A stretch of DNA of 64,000 bases from the human T2T-CHM13v2.0 reference genome, Homo sapiens: NCBI RefSeq assembly GCF_009914755.1, contig NC_060944.1. One strand, given 5' to 3'. The notes beneath the pieces are model-generated. The model did no database searches and had not been told where the DNA came from. It saw only the letters and a program-made list of their open reading frames with translations. Both the position numbers and the translations under genes were made by a program. Shown piece after piece: positions 1 through 11,071 of the stretch. Position 1 is the first letter of the stretch. The number at the start of each line of letters is the position of its first letter.

Positions 1-529
1 CCTTCCCTTTCTAGGTCTCCATTTCCTCATCTACACAGTAGGGAGCAACTCTGTCCTGATTATAAATAAGACAACAGGTGAATGCACTCAGCAAGCCTAG
101 GGGCAAGGATGCGTAGAGAAGCTTCTTGCAAAGGTGAAGAATGTGTGCTCTGAGCCCCGTGCTGAGAGGCAGGTGAGAGGACAGCAAGCCCAGCGACTGA
201 GGCCTACAAAATGCCCCCTGCAGAGAGGGAGGAGGAGCAGTGTTCTAAGGCGGGTGGGAGGCAGCATCCCCAGTGCTTGCAGGAGGAGCAGGACTGTTGT
301 GCTTGCTCAGGTGGGTGGTAGGTTAGGTTCTTAGGTATCTGCTGGGTATCAGATGCTGCACAAGCATCATCTCCGTGAACTTAATCTTTCCATCATCCCT
401 GAGAGGTGGGCATTACAGGGGCATAGTGGGATTGAAACACAGGTCCCCTGAGCCTGTGCCTTTTCTACAAGGCAATTTAGTTCACATGTAATAATAGGAC
501 CCAAAAATACACCTGCTATGCTGTGCTCA

Positions 530-630
530 CCTGATTTCATAACATCCTTGTGACCTGCCAGGTTGGTGAACTGTCATCATTTTATGGATGAGAAAACTGA
601 GGCTCAGAGAGGGTGAATAATTTGCTCATC
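530..630 (-). mobile_element. MIR SINE fragment (core region)
   Basis: 'cattttatggatgagaaaactgaggctcagagagggtgaataatttgctca' is the reverse complement of the MIR core. Confidence 0.7.
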
Positions 631-1150
631 CTTCCAAAGAACTAAAAGGAAGAGAGGTGCTATAGCTGTGGGGCCTTCTATTCCTGGTAGGAAGTGTGCA
701 GTACCCAAGGCCATTCTGACCCCAGTGCAGGCAGGAGAAAAGGCACATCAACAAATCCAGCAGCAAGCTTCCACTGAGGGCCTCCCTGGCCTTTCCTTGC
801 ACTAGTGCTGAGGGAGAAACAGCCTTGTTCCTTCACCTAACATGGCTTCTTGCTGCCCCCAGGATAAAGGTCAGAGTCCTCAAGTCTGTGTTTGAGACTC
901 TTCATGGTCTGGTCCCACCTGCGTTTCCAGCGAAATCCTCCACCAGGGTCCCCAGTGCAGCAGCCCTGGCCACCTGTCCCATCCTACCATCCTGACTTGG
1001 CTCAAGCTGCTCCCTCTGTCCCATGGTCTTCACACATAGAACAAGGAGAAGCTTGATATAGGCTAACCTGAATTTTCCATTTGAGAGCATTTTCAGCTTC
1101 TGGAAACAGACATTTCACCCAAAATTCCAGATTCCCTGCTTCTCTGAAAA

Positions 1151-1166
1151 TACATACATACATACA

Positions 1167-1200
<34 letters not shown>
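1151..1200. repeat. (TACA)n tetranucleotide microsatellite
   Basis: About 11 consecutive TACA copies followed by TATATA. Confidence 0.97.
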
Positions 1201-1225
1201 AATCTGCTCTTACTCTGCACTATTC

Positions 1226-1525
1226 TGTTTTCTGAGACAGAGTTTCACTCTTGTTGCCCAGGCTGGAGTGCAGTGGTGTGATCTCCACTCCCCACAACCT
1301 CCGCCACCCAGTTTCAAGTAAGTCTCCTGCCTCAGACTCCTGAGTAGCTGGGATTTACAGGCATGCACCATCATAGCCGGCTAATTTTCATGTACTTTTT
1401 TTTAGTAGAGATGGAGTTTCATGATGTTGGTCAGGCTGGTCTCCAACTCTTGACCTCAGGTGATCTACCAGCCTCGGCCTCCGAAAGTACTGGGATTACA
1501 GGTGTCAGCCACCTCACTTGTCCAG
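1226..1525 (-). mobile_element. Alu (S-type), full length
   Basis: Reverse-strand Alu dimer; TSD TCTGCACTATTC at 1214-1225 and 1526-1537. Confidence 0.95.
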
Positions 1526-1627
1526 TCTGCACTATTCCTTAGTGTCAGACAATTTGAGCCAAACAATGTCTTTCTCATTTGGACGTGACCTTCAGGGTCT
1601 AATTTTTGTATTTTCAGTATAGACCAG

Positions 1628-2068
1628 TTTTTTTTTTTTTTTTTTGACAGAGTTTCACTCTTGTCCCCCAGGCCAGATGGTGCAGTGGCATGATCTCAGC
1701 TCAATGCAACCTCCGCCTCCTGGGTTCAAGTGATTCTTCTGCCTCAACCTCCCGAGTAGCTGGGATTACAGTCGCCTGACACCACACCCAGCTAATTTTT
1801 TGTATTTTTAGTAGAAACAGAGTTTCACCGTGTTGGGCAGACTGGTCTCGAACTCCTGACCTTAGGTGATCCACCCTCCTCAGCCTCCCAAAGTGTGGAA
1901 TTACAGGCATGAGCCAGAGCCTGGCCTCACCTGGCTAATTCTTTGTATATTTGAAGAGACAGGGTTTCACTGTGTTGGCCAGGATGGTCTTGATCTCCTG
2001 ACTTCGTGATCCGCTGGCCTCATCCTCCCAAAGAACTGGGATGAGAGGTGTGAGCCACTGCACCCGGC
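1628..2068 (-). mobile_element. Full-length Alu (1628-1926) followed directly by an extra Alu left arm (1928-2068)
   Basis: Poly-T, right and left arms ending 'cctggcc', then a second 'cacctggctaatt...gagccactgcacccggcc' left monomer. Confidence 0.9.
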
Positions 2069-3401
2069 CTCAATGTAGCTTATTATCAAAGTATTTACAC
2101 AGAAAAATTAATCAAAGGGCACAAGCATTTCAATACTTAGGTTAAGATGAAATCTGTGGCCGGAAGAGGGCCAGACACACATGAAATGTTTTGTGCATGA
2201 AGGAACCACAACTTAAAATGATTTTCTGTTATTCGTTTTGGTATGTTATTTTGGAAATGTGATTAATCACGTATGTAAAGGACGTTGGGAAGAATTTCCA
2301 GATACTCTGATATGCATGACATCTTAATCACACAATATAAAGCAAGGCTATCTTAGGAAATTAGGTATCACTGCCAAGGACCTTTACATGAGATGATAAA
2401 TTAAAATTACTATTAAATTTGTAACAGTCAGATGGGCTGGCAGGCAAGTTGCGTCATTTTTTTCTCAGTATTTTTTCTTTTTCCTTGATTCAATAAAACA
2501 AACTTAAATGCCAGTTATCTGCAGAACCCTCACTAGACTATGTTTAATGATATGTGAAACACAGCCTGCACACTCACAGATCCTTGCCACGTCCCGTTCC
2601 CATCCTCTCAAAACCTGTGTTACCCTGTGGCTAGATTTCTCAAGGAGATGAAAGAGAGAGACGAATGAGAACCACCTTCTTTCAGGTCGCTCTGCACTGC
2701 TCCTGCAGGTAGACAATGACCTCTCCGGTGAGGCTATTATCCTTGGCTTGGGGGTGGAGGCCTTTATCCTGGAAAAGAGGCCTCTCAGGGTGGGGAGGTG
2801 ATTTAAATTCTTATGAGAGAGACGCAGCTCCCCATCTCATCTGGACCTTCACAAACCTAAACTGGAACCGCCAGAAAAATGACTGACAACGGGCCACGCA
2901 AGCCAGGCAGAGACGCGGGGAGAGGCTGACCACAAGAAAGGCGGACGTAGAAGATACCGTCCTCTGGCGCACAGGGCACATATGTCCCAACACACACACA
3001 CACACACGCACACAGGGACACAGAGCAAAAGAGTGAGAAAAGGGAGAGAGAGAAACAAGAGAGAGACATACGCACACACACAAACGCACAGACATACAGC
3101 AGTGGCACGGTAACACCTACACCCAGGCAGCCCCTGAATTTTCAGGGTTCTGCTCTCCACGACTACAACCCACTAGTGAGAGAGCAACCCACGGGCACAC
3201 AAGCAAACCTCTCCTTTTTTGAAGAGACTCACTGGCACACCGTCCGTGCAGGCCTGAACCTGGGATCCCACGCTGCTTGCCCGGCCCTCCACCTGCAGTT
3301 TCTTCCTCCTGGACGACCCTCCGTGAATCCCGGCCTCCAGAGACTATCCTGTTGATGCCCTGGCCAGGACTGGTCTTAGCCCCGACACTGACTAATCCCT
3401 C

Positions 3402-3549
3402 TAGTACCAGGTACTCGGGAGGCGGAGGCAAGAGAATCACTTGAACCTGGGCGGCAGAGTTTGCAGTCAGCTGAGATCCCGCCACTGCACTCGACTGAGT
3501 GACAGAGTGAGATTCCGACTATTAAAAAAAAAAAGATAGAAAAGAAAAA
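3402..3549 (+). mobile_element. Alu right-arm fragment with A-tail embedded in the first SST1 unit
   Basis: 'tactcgggaggcggaggcaagagaatcacttgaacctggg...gacagagtgagattccg' followed by an A-rich tail. Confidence 0.9.
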
Positions 3550-3891
3550 TGACCGCGGAGCGGCGGCTGCGGGGACTGGGGCGGCGGCGGGTGAAGTGAA
3601 GATTGGGAAAAGGGCTTCGTCGACCCTCCCCGAATCCGGGCCTGAGGCTGGGATCTCGCGCTGCCGCCCCGGCGATCCGCCTGAGGTTTCTACCTTCTGA
3701 GGTTTCTTCCTGGTGGTCAGCCCTCCGAGAATCCCAGGCTCCGGAGACCATCCTGTTAAAGCCCTGGCCAGGACTGCTCTCAGGCCCGACTCTGACGCAC
3801 TATCACACAGGGCTCCTACTTCGCAAAGTCTCAGGGACCCATCCACGGGCAACAGTGGCAATCACTACGACCAAAGCGGAGGCTCAGGCCT

Positions 3892-3967
3892 TGCGCATGC
3901 GCACTGGCGAGACTGAATCCCCGCTTGCTCCGCAGAGTTCGGCGGCGGATCCTTTAAAAAATGGCGG
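3892..3967 (+). promoter_or_regulatory. CpG-island promoter-like module: perfect NRF1 palindrome plus YY1 motif
   Basis: TGCGCATGCGCA at 3892-3903 and AAAATGGCGGC directly after the TTTAAA box at 3953, in CpG-dense sequence. Function not shown. Confidence 0.5.
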
Positions 3968-5675
3968 CGACGCGCGGCTGAGGGGACTGGGGCAGCGGTG
4001 GCGGCGGCAGCGCAGTCCGAGGCGGCGGGTGGGAAGAGGACTACGATAGGGTCCTGCGGGAGACCCAAGGGTTGTACCCATAGAGGTCCTGTCATCAGGA
4101 CCTTCTTGATCGGTCTTCTGCTTCGGTTACCGGTGGAGGAGGAGCTTCAGGGTGCGGCTGGGCTCTCTGGAATCCTCTTTGACCTGACTATGGATCCCAC
4201 GGGGTGATCAAGAATGGGGTTACAATGCAGTGAGGCGGGAAGGGTCTCGCTGGGGCACAGAAAGATCCTAAGGGCTGCAAGGTGAACTGTCAGCTGAAAA
4301 TGCACTGACCCATGAGCCCACTGCCTCCCTCCTTCCTAGGTGGAGCAGTGGCCTGACTTCATCTCCAAGGTTCGGGGCTCTGGCATCCCGACACTGCTTT
4401 CCGCAGCATGTGCAAGGAGAGACAGAGGTGAGTCCGAGATGGAGCCAATGTGACCACACGTGGCACTAATGTTCCCCAAGAGCAGATGGAGTCAGGGTGG
4501 GTCTTTGAGGCCATATGGGGTGATGCTGAGACGGATAGTGACGTCCAGATGTGCGCAGGTGGGTCACTGGGACCTCCCACACAAAGCCAAGGAAAAGCCA
4601 AGCACACTAGAAAACCTGTGAGACAGGGCCTGTGCCTGAGTCCAAGCCACATTCAGGGATGACTGCCAGAGGGGCCAAGAGGTTTCGACAAACGACACCA
4701 TACCGACATCCCGCTACCGGTAGGTACCCCTGACGCCACCTCCCCTGCACCCAGCAAAACCCAGTCCCTTTGGCTCCCTGACATCCGTGGCAGCCAAAAG
4801 ATTCAGTGCTTAGAGGCACTTTCCCCAGGAGCAGAGGAACGGAATGGCCCTCAGGAATGAGAGAGGAAGGGCAGGTGGGATGCAACACTAACTTTTCTAG
4901 AAGGCAAAGGTCAGCCACAGTGGGGTTGCCTCCCGCTCTTCCTGGACGGACCACAAAGCCATCACTTGGGACATGCAGACAAAGGGAGCTTCCCTGTCCA
5001 AGACAGGTATGGAAGCCCAGAACTCCAGGATCATGACACCCTATCATCCAGAAATAGGTTTGGAGAGGGAAGCAATCATAAAAGGGACCCCAACGAAATT
5101 TCTTCCTAATGGACTGAGAAGTGTTCTTTGTTGAAGACATTGAGCCAGACTAAGAAGCCTCTAGGCTTCACAGGAACTGGGCAGACAGAACAAGAGGGAG
5201 GACAGAGCAGAGGCCAATGCCACAGCACAATGCCACTATCACGGGCATCCGGGAAAATGTGCCAAATGGGTGACTAGGCCAGGAAGGCCAGCGTTTGAGT
5301 GACAGACATGCTTGCCCCATCTTGTAGCCAGCTTCCTTCTCCGTCCCAGTGTATAGCTGTGGGTAGCTTTCTCAATGAGGGCAAAGGGCGAGAGGAGTGA
5401 GAACCATCTTCTTGAAGCTCTGTGGGCACACTCCTGCAGGTGGACAATGAGCACCTCTGAGGCCTTTGTCCTTGGCTGGGGTGCAGTTGTCTTGATCCTA
5501 GCAAGGAGGCAGCACAGGATGGGAAGGATATTAAAACTCCTGCAAGACAGGCCGGAGGCACGAAGCCCCTTCACTGAAGCACAGCCATGGAGAACTCCTG
5601 CTATGCCAAAATTCAGGGACTGGATACTAAGACAACAGTGGAAATCACTGTGACGAGACAATCAGCTAGAGCCAC
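3893..5675. repeat. Diverged edge SST1 unit (~1.78 kb, lacks the CA-tract segment)
   Basis: Colinear but heavily substituted homologue of the central units; internal deletion near 5545. Confidence 0.75.
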
Positions 5676-7715
5676 GCGGAGGCACACTGGCTGGGCCGAC
5701 TAAAGCTCCGGTGCTGGACGGCAGGCAGCTGCCCCTTTAAACAATGGCTACTGCGCGGTAGCAGATGGGCTCCTGTTGCAGCCTCGGCAGCGACTGGATC
5801 CAGGGTAAAGTTTGCAGCGGCCTGGTAGAGGCTGTGGCCGGTGTCCTGTCCCAGGGCGAAACTCCCAGAAGTCCTGTCCTCAGGACCTCCTTGAGCCGAC
5901 TCCCACCAAGGGAGGGAGAGCTACAGGATGTCTGCTGGGTTCTCGGGACTCCCCTTCAGATCCGATTTTGGCCCCCTCCGAGTGAGATAGGATGGGCTCA
6001 CCACATCTGTTGAGGCAGGCAGGGCATCGCTGCAGCATAGAATGATCCCATGGGTTTCAAGGCGTGGTGTCAGCTGAAAATTCACTGATCCATCAGCCCT
6101 CTGCCTCCCTTCTCCTTTGAAAGAGCACTGGCCTGCCCGGCTTCTAAAAGCCATGGGGCTCCGGAAGCCAACCGCAATTTACAGGACACGTGCAAAAAGG
6201 AACAAGGGCGAATCCCAGGTGGAGACCATGCGATGACGTGTGGCTGTGGCCCATCCCACAGCAGATGGCGTGGATGTGTGTAACCAGAGGAATGTGGGGC
6301 GACGGCGAACAAACGGTGGTGTCTAAGCATGTGCCCGGTGGAAGGGGGGGACAAGTGACATTTCCATCACAGCAATGAAAACTTAAAGAACACCTGGGAA
6401 CCAGGAGGGGGCTTGTGACTGACCGGATACAAAATTTGAAATTCCTGCCAGAGGAGCAAAGAGGGTTCTGCAAATTTCACCCCAACGCCAAAGCTCCATC
6501 GCCCATGTAGCCCTCACACAACGTCCTGTGCACCAAGCCCCAGCCCCAACACCAGCCCCAGCCCCAGCCCCAGCCCAAGACCGAGCCCAGTCCCCTTGTT
6601 TCCCTGACATTCGTTAAGGCCAAAAGATCCAGGGAGACAGTCCACCCATGAGAAGAGGAGAGGATGTCCCTCGAGAATGAGACAGGAAGTGCAGAGGAAA
6701 TGCGACACCACCTGTGCTAGAAGACAAGGCCAGTCCCGGTCTCCTAGCGCTCATTCTAGGCAATCCACCCACCCATGAATGGAAACATGGAGAAGAAGCA
6801 AGCTTTCCTGTCTGAGACACTTATGGGAGCAAAGAGCTCCAGGGTCACGAGATCTGCCCAATCAAGCAGAAAGAGGTTTGGAGAGAGAAACAATCATAAC
6901 AGGGATCTCCAGGAAATGTCTCCCGGACAGACTGGGAAGTCAAGCACTGGGAAGTCCCTAACGGACAGGGAAGACATGTGGCCAGAGCGAGAGGCATCTA
7001 GGACAGGGGAGGCAGAGCAAGAGGGAGGACAGAGCAGAAGGAGCAAGAGGGAGAACAGAGCAGAGGGAGGACAGAGCAAGAGGGAGGAGAGAGCAGAGGC
7101 CGGAGCCCAGGCCGGATATAGCACCATGCCACCGCCACAGGCATAAGGGGAGGGGTTCCAAAAGGGTGGCTTGTCCAGCGAGGTCACCGTTCCAGTGACA
7201 GGGATTGTTGCCATCTCTCATTCCCGGCTTCCTCTTGCAGACTGTATCATGGTGTGGCTTCATTTCTCAGAGAAGAGCCGTGAAAAGATACAAGCATCTT
7301 CTCTGACGTGGGTCCGCTGCTCTCCTGCGGGACAAAGAGCTCCTGTGGGGCTCTTGTCCTCGGCTGCAGTGTGATCATTTTGATCTTAGGAGAGAGGCCG
7401 CTCAGGATGGGGATGAGATTTCAATTGCTCCCGGACCCATGCATCTCTTCACGTAGGCCAGGACTTCACACACCCAAAGCGGATCCGGGGCGGCGAAAAC
7501 GATTGACAACCGGCCTCATGACAAAGGCAGAGACGCAGAAAGAGGGTCACCAAAGACAGGCCGCCATGCGAGAAACCGCTTTGTGGCGCACAGGGCACAT
7601 TCTGCCAAAGACACACACGCACACGGGCACACACACACAACCCACTGAGAGAGGGAAAGAAACACACAGAGACTGAGAGACAGAGAGAGAAGAGAGAATG
7701 GGAGAAACACACACA

Positions 7716-7775
<60 letters not shown>

Positions 7776-8209
7776 GTCATTCAGGAGAGGCATTGAAACG
7801 CACACACCCAGGCAAACCCTGAGTCTGCGGGGATCGGCTCTCGACGAGAACGACCCTCCTGTGAGAGAGCACCCCAGGGGCAGGCAGGCCGACCTGTCGT
7901 CGAGATCACGGACGGCGGCACGACTTTTGGGGAGACTCACCCCAACCCACACCGTCATGGCAGGCCTGAAGCTGGGATGCCGTGCTGCTATCCCCGGACT
8001 CCCCCTGGGGTTTCCTCATCCTGGTCGGCCCTTTGAGACTCCTGGCATCCGGAGACGTTCCCGTCGACCCGGTGGAGAGGTCAGGCCAGAGCCTCAGAGC
8101 CCCGACACACAAGCACTGCCACGGAGGGCTCCTGCTTTGCCAAGCCTCAGGGAGTGGTTTCTAAGAAAACCGTGGGAACCACTGTGAGGGGAAAAGAAGC
8201 TCGCGCCTC
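5676..8209. repeat. Long SST1 unit, 'B' variant (2534 bp)
   Basis: Anchor-to-anchor spacing; expanded GAGGGAGGACAGAGCA segment at ~7004-7100; (CA)n at 7707-7773. Confidence 0.85.
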
Positions 8210-9376
8210 GCGCATGCGCATTGTCTGGGCCAACTCGCGCTACGCTCCTCACAGGCAGGCTGCGTCCCCTTTAAATAACGCCGCCGCTGCGCTGGGGCAG
8301 CGAGGCTCCTGCTGCATCCGCCGCGGTGGCTGGATCCGGGGTCCAGTTGGGGCGGCGTGAGAGAGAGGGCCGCGGGTGTCTTGTCGTGTCCCAGGGCCAA
8401 ACCCCGAGGAATCCTGTCCTCAGGACCACCTTGAGCTGACTTCCACCGAGGGAGGGGGACATCAGGACGCCTGCTGTGTTCTCAGGACTCCCCTTCAGAT
8501 CCGATTTTGGCCCACTCCGAGTGAGATAGGATGGGCTCACCACATCTGGTGAGGCAGGCAGCGCCTCGCTGCAGCACAGAATGATCCCATAAGTCTCAAG
8601 ACCTAGTGTCAGCTGCAAATTCATTGATCCCTCAGGCCTCTGCCTCCCTCCTCCTTTGAAAGAGCAGGGGCCTGACCCGCTTCTAAAAGACCTGGGGCTA
8701 CGGAAAGCAGACCGCCCTTTACAGGACACCTGAAAACAGGAACAAGGGCGAATCTGAGGTGGAGACAATGCGACCAAGCGTGGCACTGGCGTATCCCACA
8801 GCAGATGGTGAGAATGTGTGTCACCGGAGACATACGGGGCGACGGCGAAACAAATGGTGGTGTCCAGGCATGTGCCGGCGGAAGGGGGGAATGAGTGACC
8901 CCTGCATCAATGCCAAGGAAAATCGAAGAACATCTGGGACCCGGGGATGGGGGCGCCAGTACCTGACCCAAGCCACGTTTTCAAATGCCTACCAGAGTAG
9001 CAAAGAGGTTTCTGCAAAATTCTCCCCACCCCCAACCCTCCACCGCCCTGGTAGCCCTGAGGCAAATTCGGCTGCACCCAGCCCAGCCACAGCCACAGTC
9101 CCAGCTCCAGCCCAGTCCCTTTGGGTCCCTGACATTCGTTTGGGACAGAAGATCAAGGGAGTCTTTCCACCCAGGAGCAGAGGAGAGGATGTCCCTCAAG
9201 AAGGAGACAGGCGGCCATGCGAGAAACCGCTTTGTGGAGCACAGGGCACATTCGGCCAAAGACACACACGCACACGGGCACTCACACACAAACCGACAGA
9301 GAGGAAAGAAACACACAGAGACTGAGAGACAGAGAGAGAAGAGAGAATGGGAGACACACACACACTCACAGAAACA

Positions 9377-9413
<37 letters not shown>

Positions 9414-11017
9414 AGGCCCTGAGCAGAGGCATTGAAACACACACCCCAAGGCAACCCTTGAGGCTTCGGGGTTCTGCTCTTGATGAGATCGACCCTCAGG
9501 TGAGGGAACACCCCAGGGGTACTCAGGCCGACCTGTCCTCGAGATCACGGCGGCATGACTTTTGGCGAGACTCACCCCAACCAACACCGTCCGGGCAGCC
9601 CTGAGGCTGGGATGCCGTGCTGCCTCCCCTGGACTCCGCCTGGGAATTCCTCATTCTGGTCGGCCCTTTGCGTCTCCTGGCATCCAGAGACGTTCCCGTC
9701 GACCCTGTGGAGAGGTCAGGCCGGAGCCTCAGAGCCCCGACACACAAGCACTGCCACGGAGGGCTCCTGCTTTGCCAAGCCTCAGGGACTGGTTTCTAAG
9801 ACAACCGTGGGAACCACTGTGACAGGAGAAGTCGCTCGCGCCGCGCGCATGCGCATTGGCTGGCCTGACTAGCGCTCCGCTTCTGGCAGTCAGGCTGCAT
9901 CCCCTTTAAATAACGCTACTGCAGCGCAGGGCAGCGAGGTTCCTGCTGCAGCCGCGGCCTGGATCCGGGCTCCAGTTTGTGGCGGCGTGGGAGACGGGAC
10001 CGTGGGTGTCTTGTCCTGTCCCAGGGCCAAACCCCCAGGAATCCTGTCCTCAGGAACTCCTTGAGCTGACTTCCACGGAGGGAGGGAGGGGGAGCTTCAG
10101 GACGCCTGCTGTGTTCTCAGGACACCCCTTCAGATCCGATTTAGGCCCCCACCGAGTGACATAGGATGGGCTCGCCACATCTGCTGGGGCAGGCAGGGCC
10201 TCCATGCAGCAAAGAATGATCCCACAGGTCTCGAGGCAAAGTGTCGGCTGCAAATTCACTGATCATTCAACCCTCTGCCTCCCTCCTCCTTTGAAAGAGC
10301 AGTGGCATACCCCGCTTCTAAAAGCCCTGGGGCTCAGGAAAGCCGACCGCGCTTTACAGGACTCGTGCAAACAGGAACAGGGGCGAATGCGAGGTGGAGA
10401 CCACGGGAACATGCGAGGCACTGGCGTATCCCACAGCAGATGGTGTGAACGTGTATCACCGGAGGCATACGGGGCGACGGCGAAAGAAACGGTGGTGTCC
10501 AGGCATGTGCCGGTGCAAAGGGGGAATGAGTGACCTATCCATCAATGCAAAGGAAAATCGAAGAACACCTGGGACCCGGCGGGTGGGGGCGCCTGTTCCT
10601 GACCCAAGCCACATTTTCAAATGCCTACCAGAGGAGCAAAGAGGTTTCTGCAAAATTCTCCCAACCCTCCACCGGGCTGGTAGCCCTGAGGCAACTTCAG
10701 CTGCATCCAGCCCCAGCCACAGCCACAGCCCCAGCCCCAGCCAAGTCCCTCTGGGTCCCTGACATTCATTTGGGACAGAAGATCAAGGGAGTCTTTCCAC
10801 CCAGGAGCAGAGGAGAGGATGTCCCTCAAGAAGTAGACAGGCCGCCATGCGAGAAACCGCTTTGTGGCACACAGGGCACATTGGGCCAAAGACACACACG
10901 CACATGGGCACTCACACACAAACCGACAGAGGGAAAGAAACACACAGAGACTGAGAGACAGAGAGAGAAGGGAGAATGGGAGACACACACACACACTCAC
11001 AGACGGACACACAAACA

Positions 11018-11071
<54 letters not shown>

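Noticed and set aside
8643-8656. PRDM9 hotspot motif in SST1 units (CCTCCCT) and in the THE1 LTRs
   Set aside because: At the sites inspected only the 7-mer core or a degenerate form is present, not the full CCNCCNTNNCCNC; a PWM scan would be needed.
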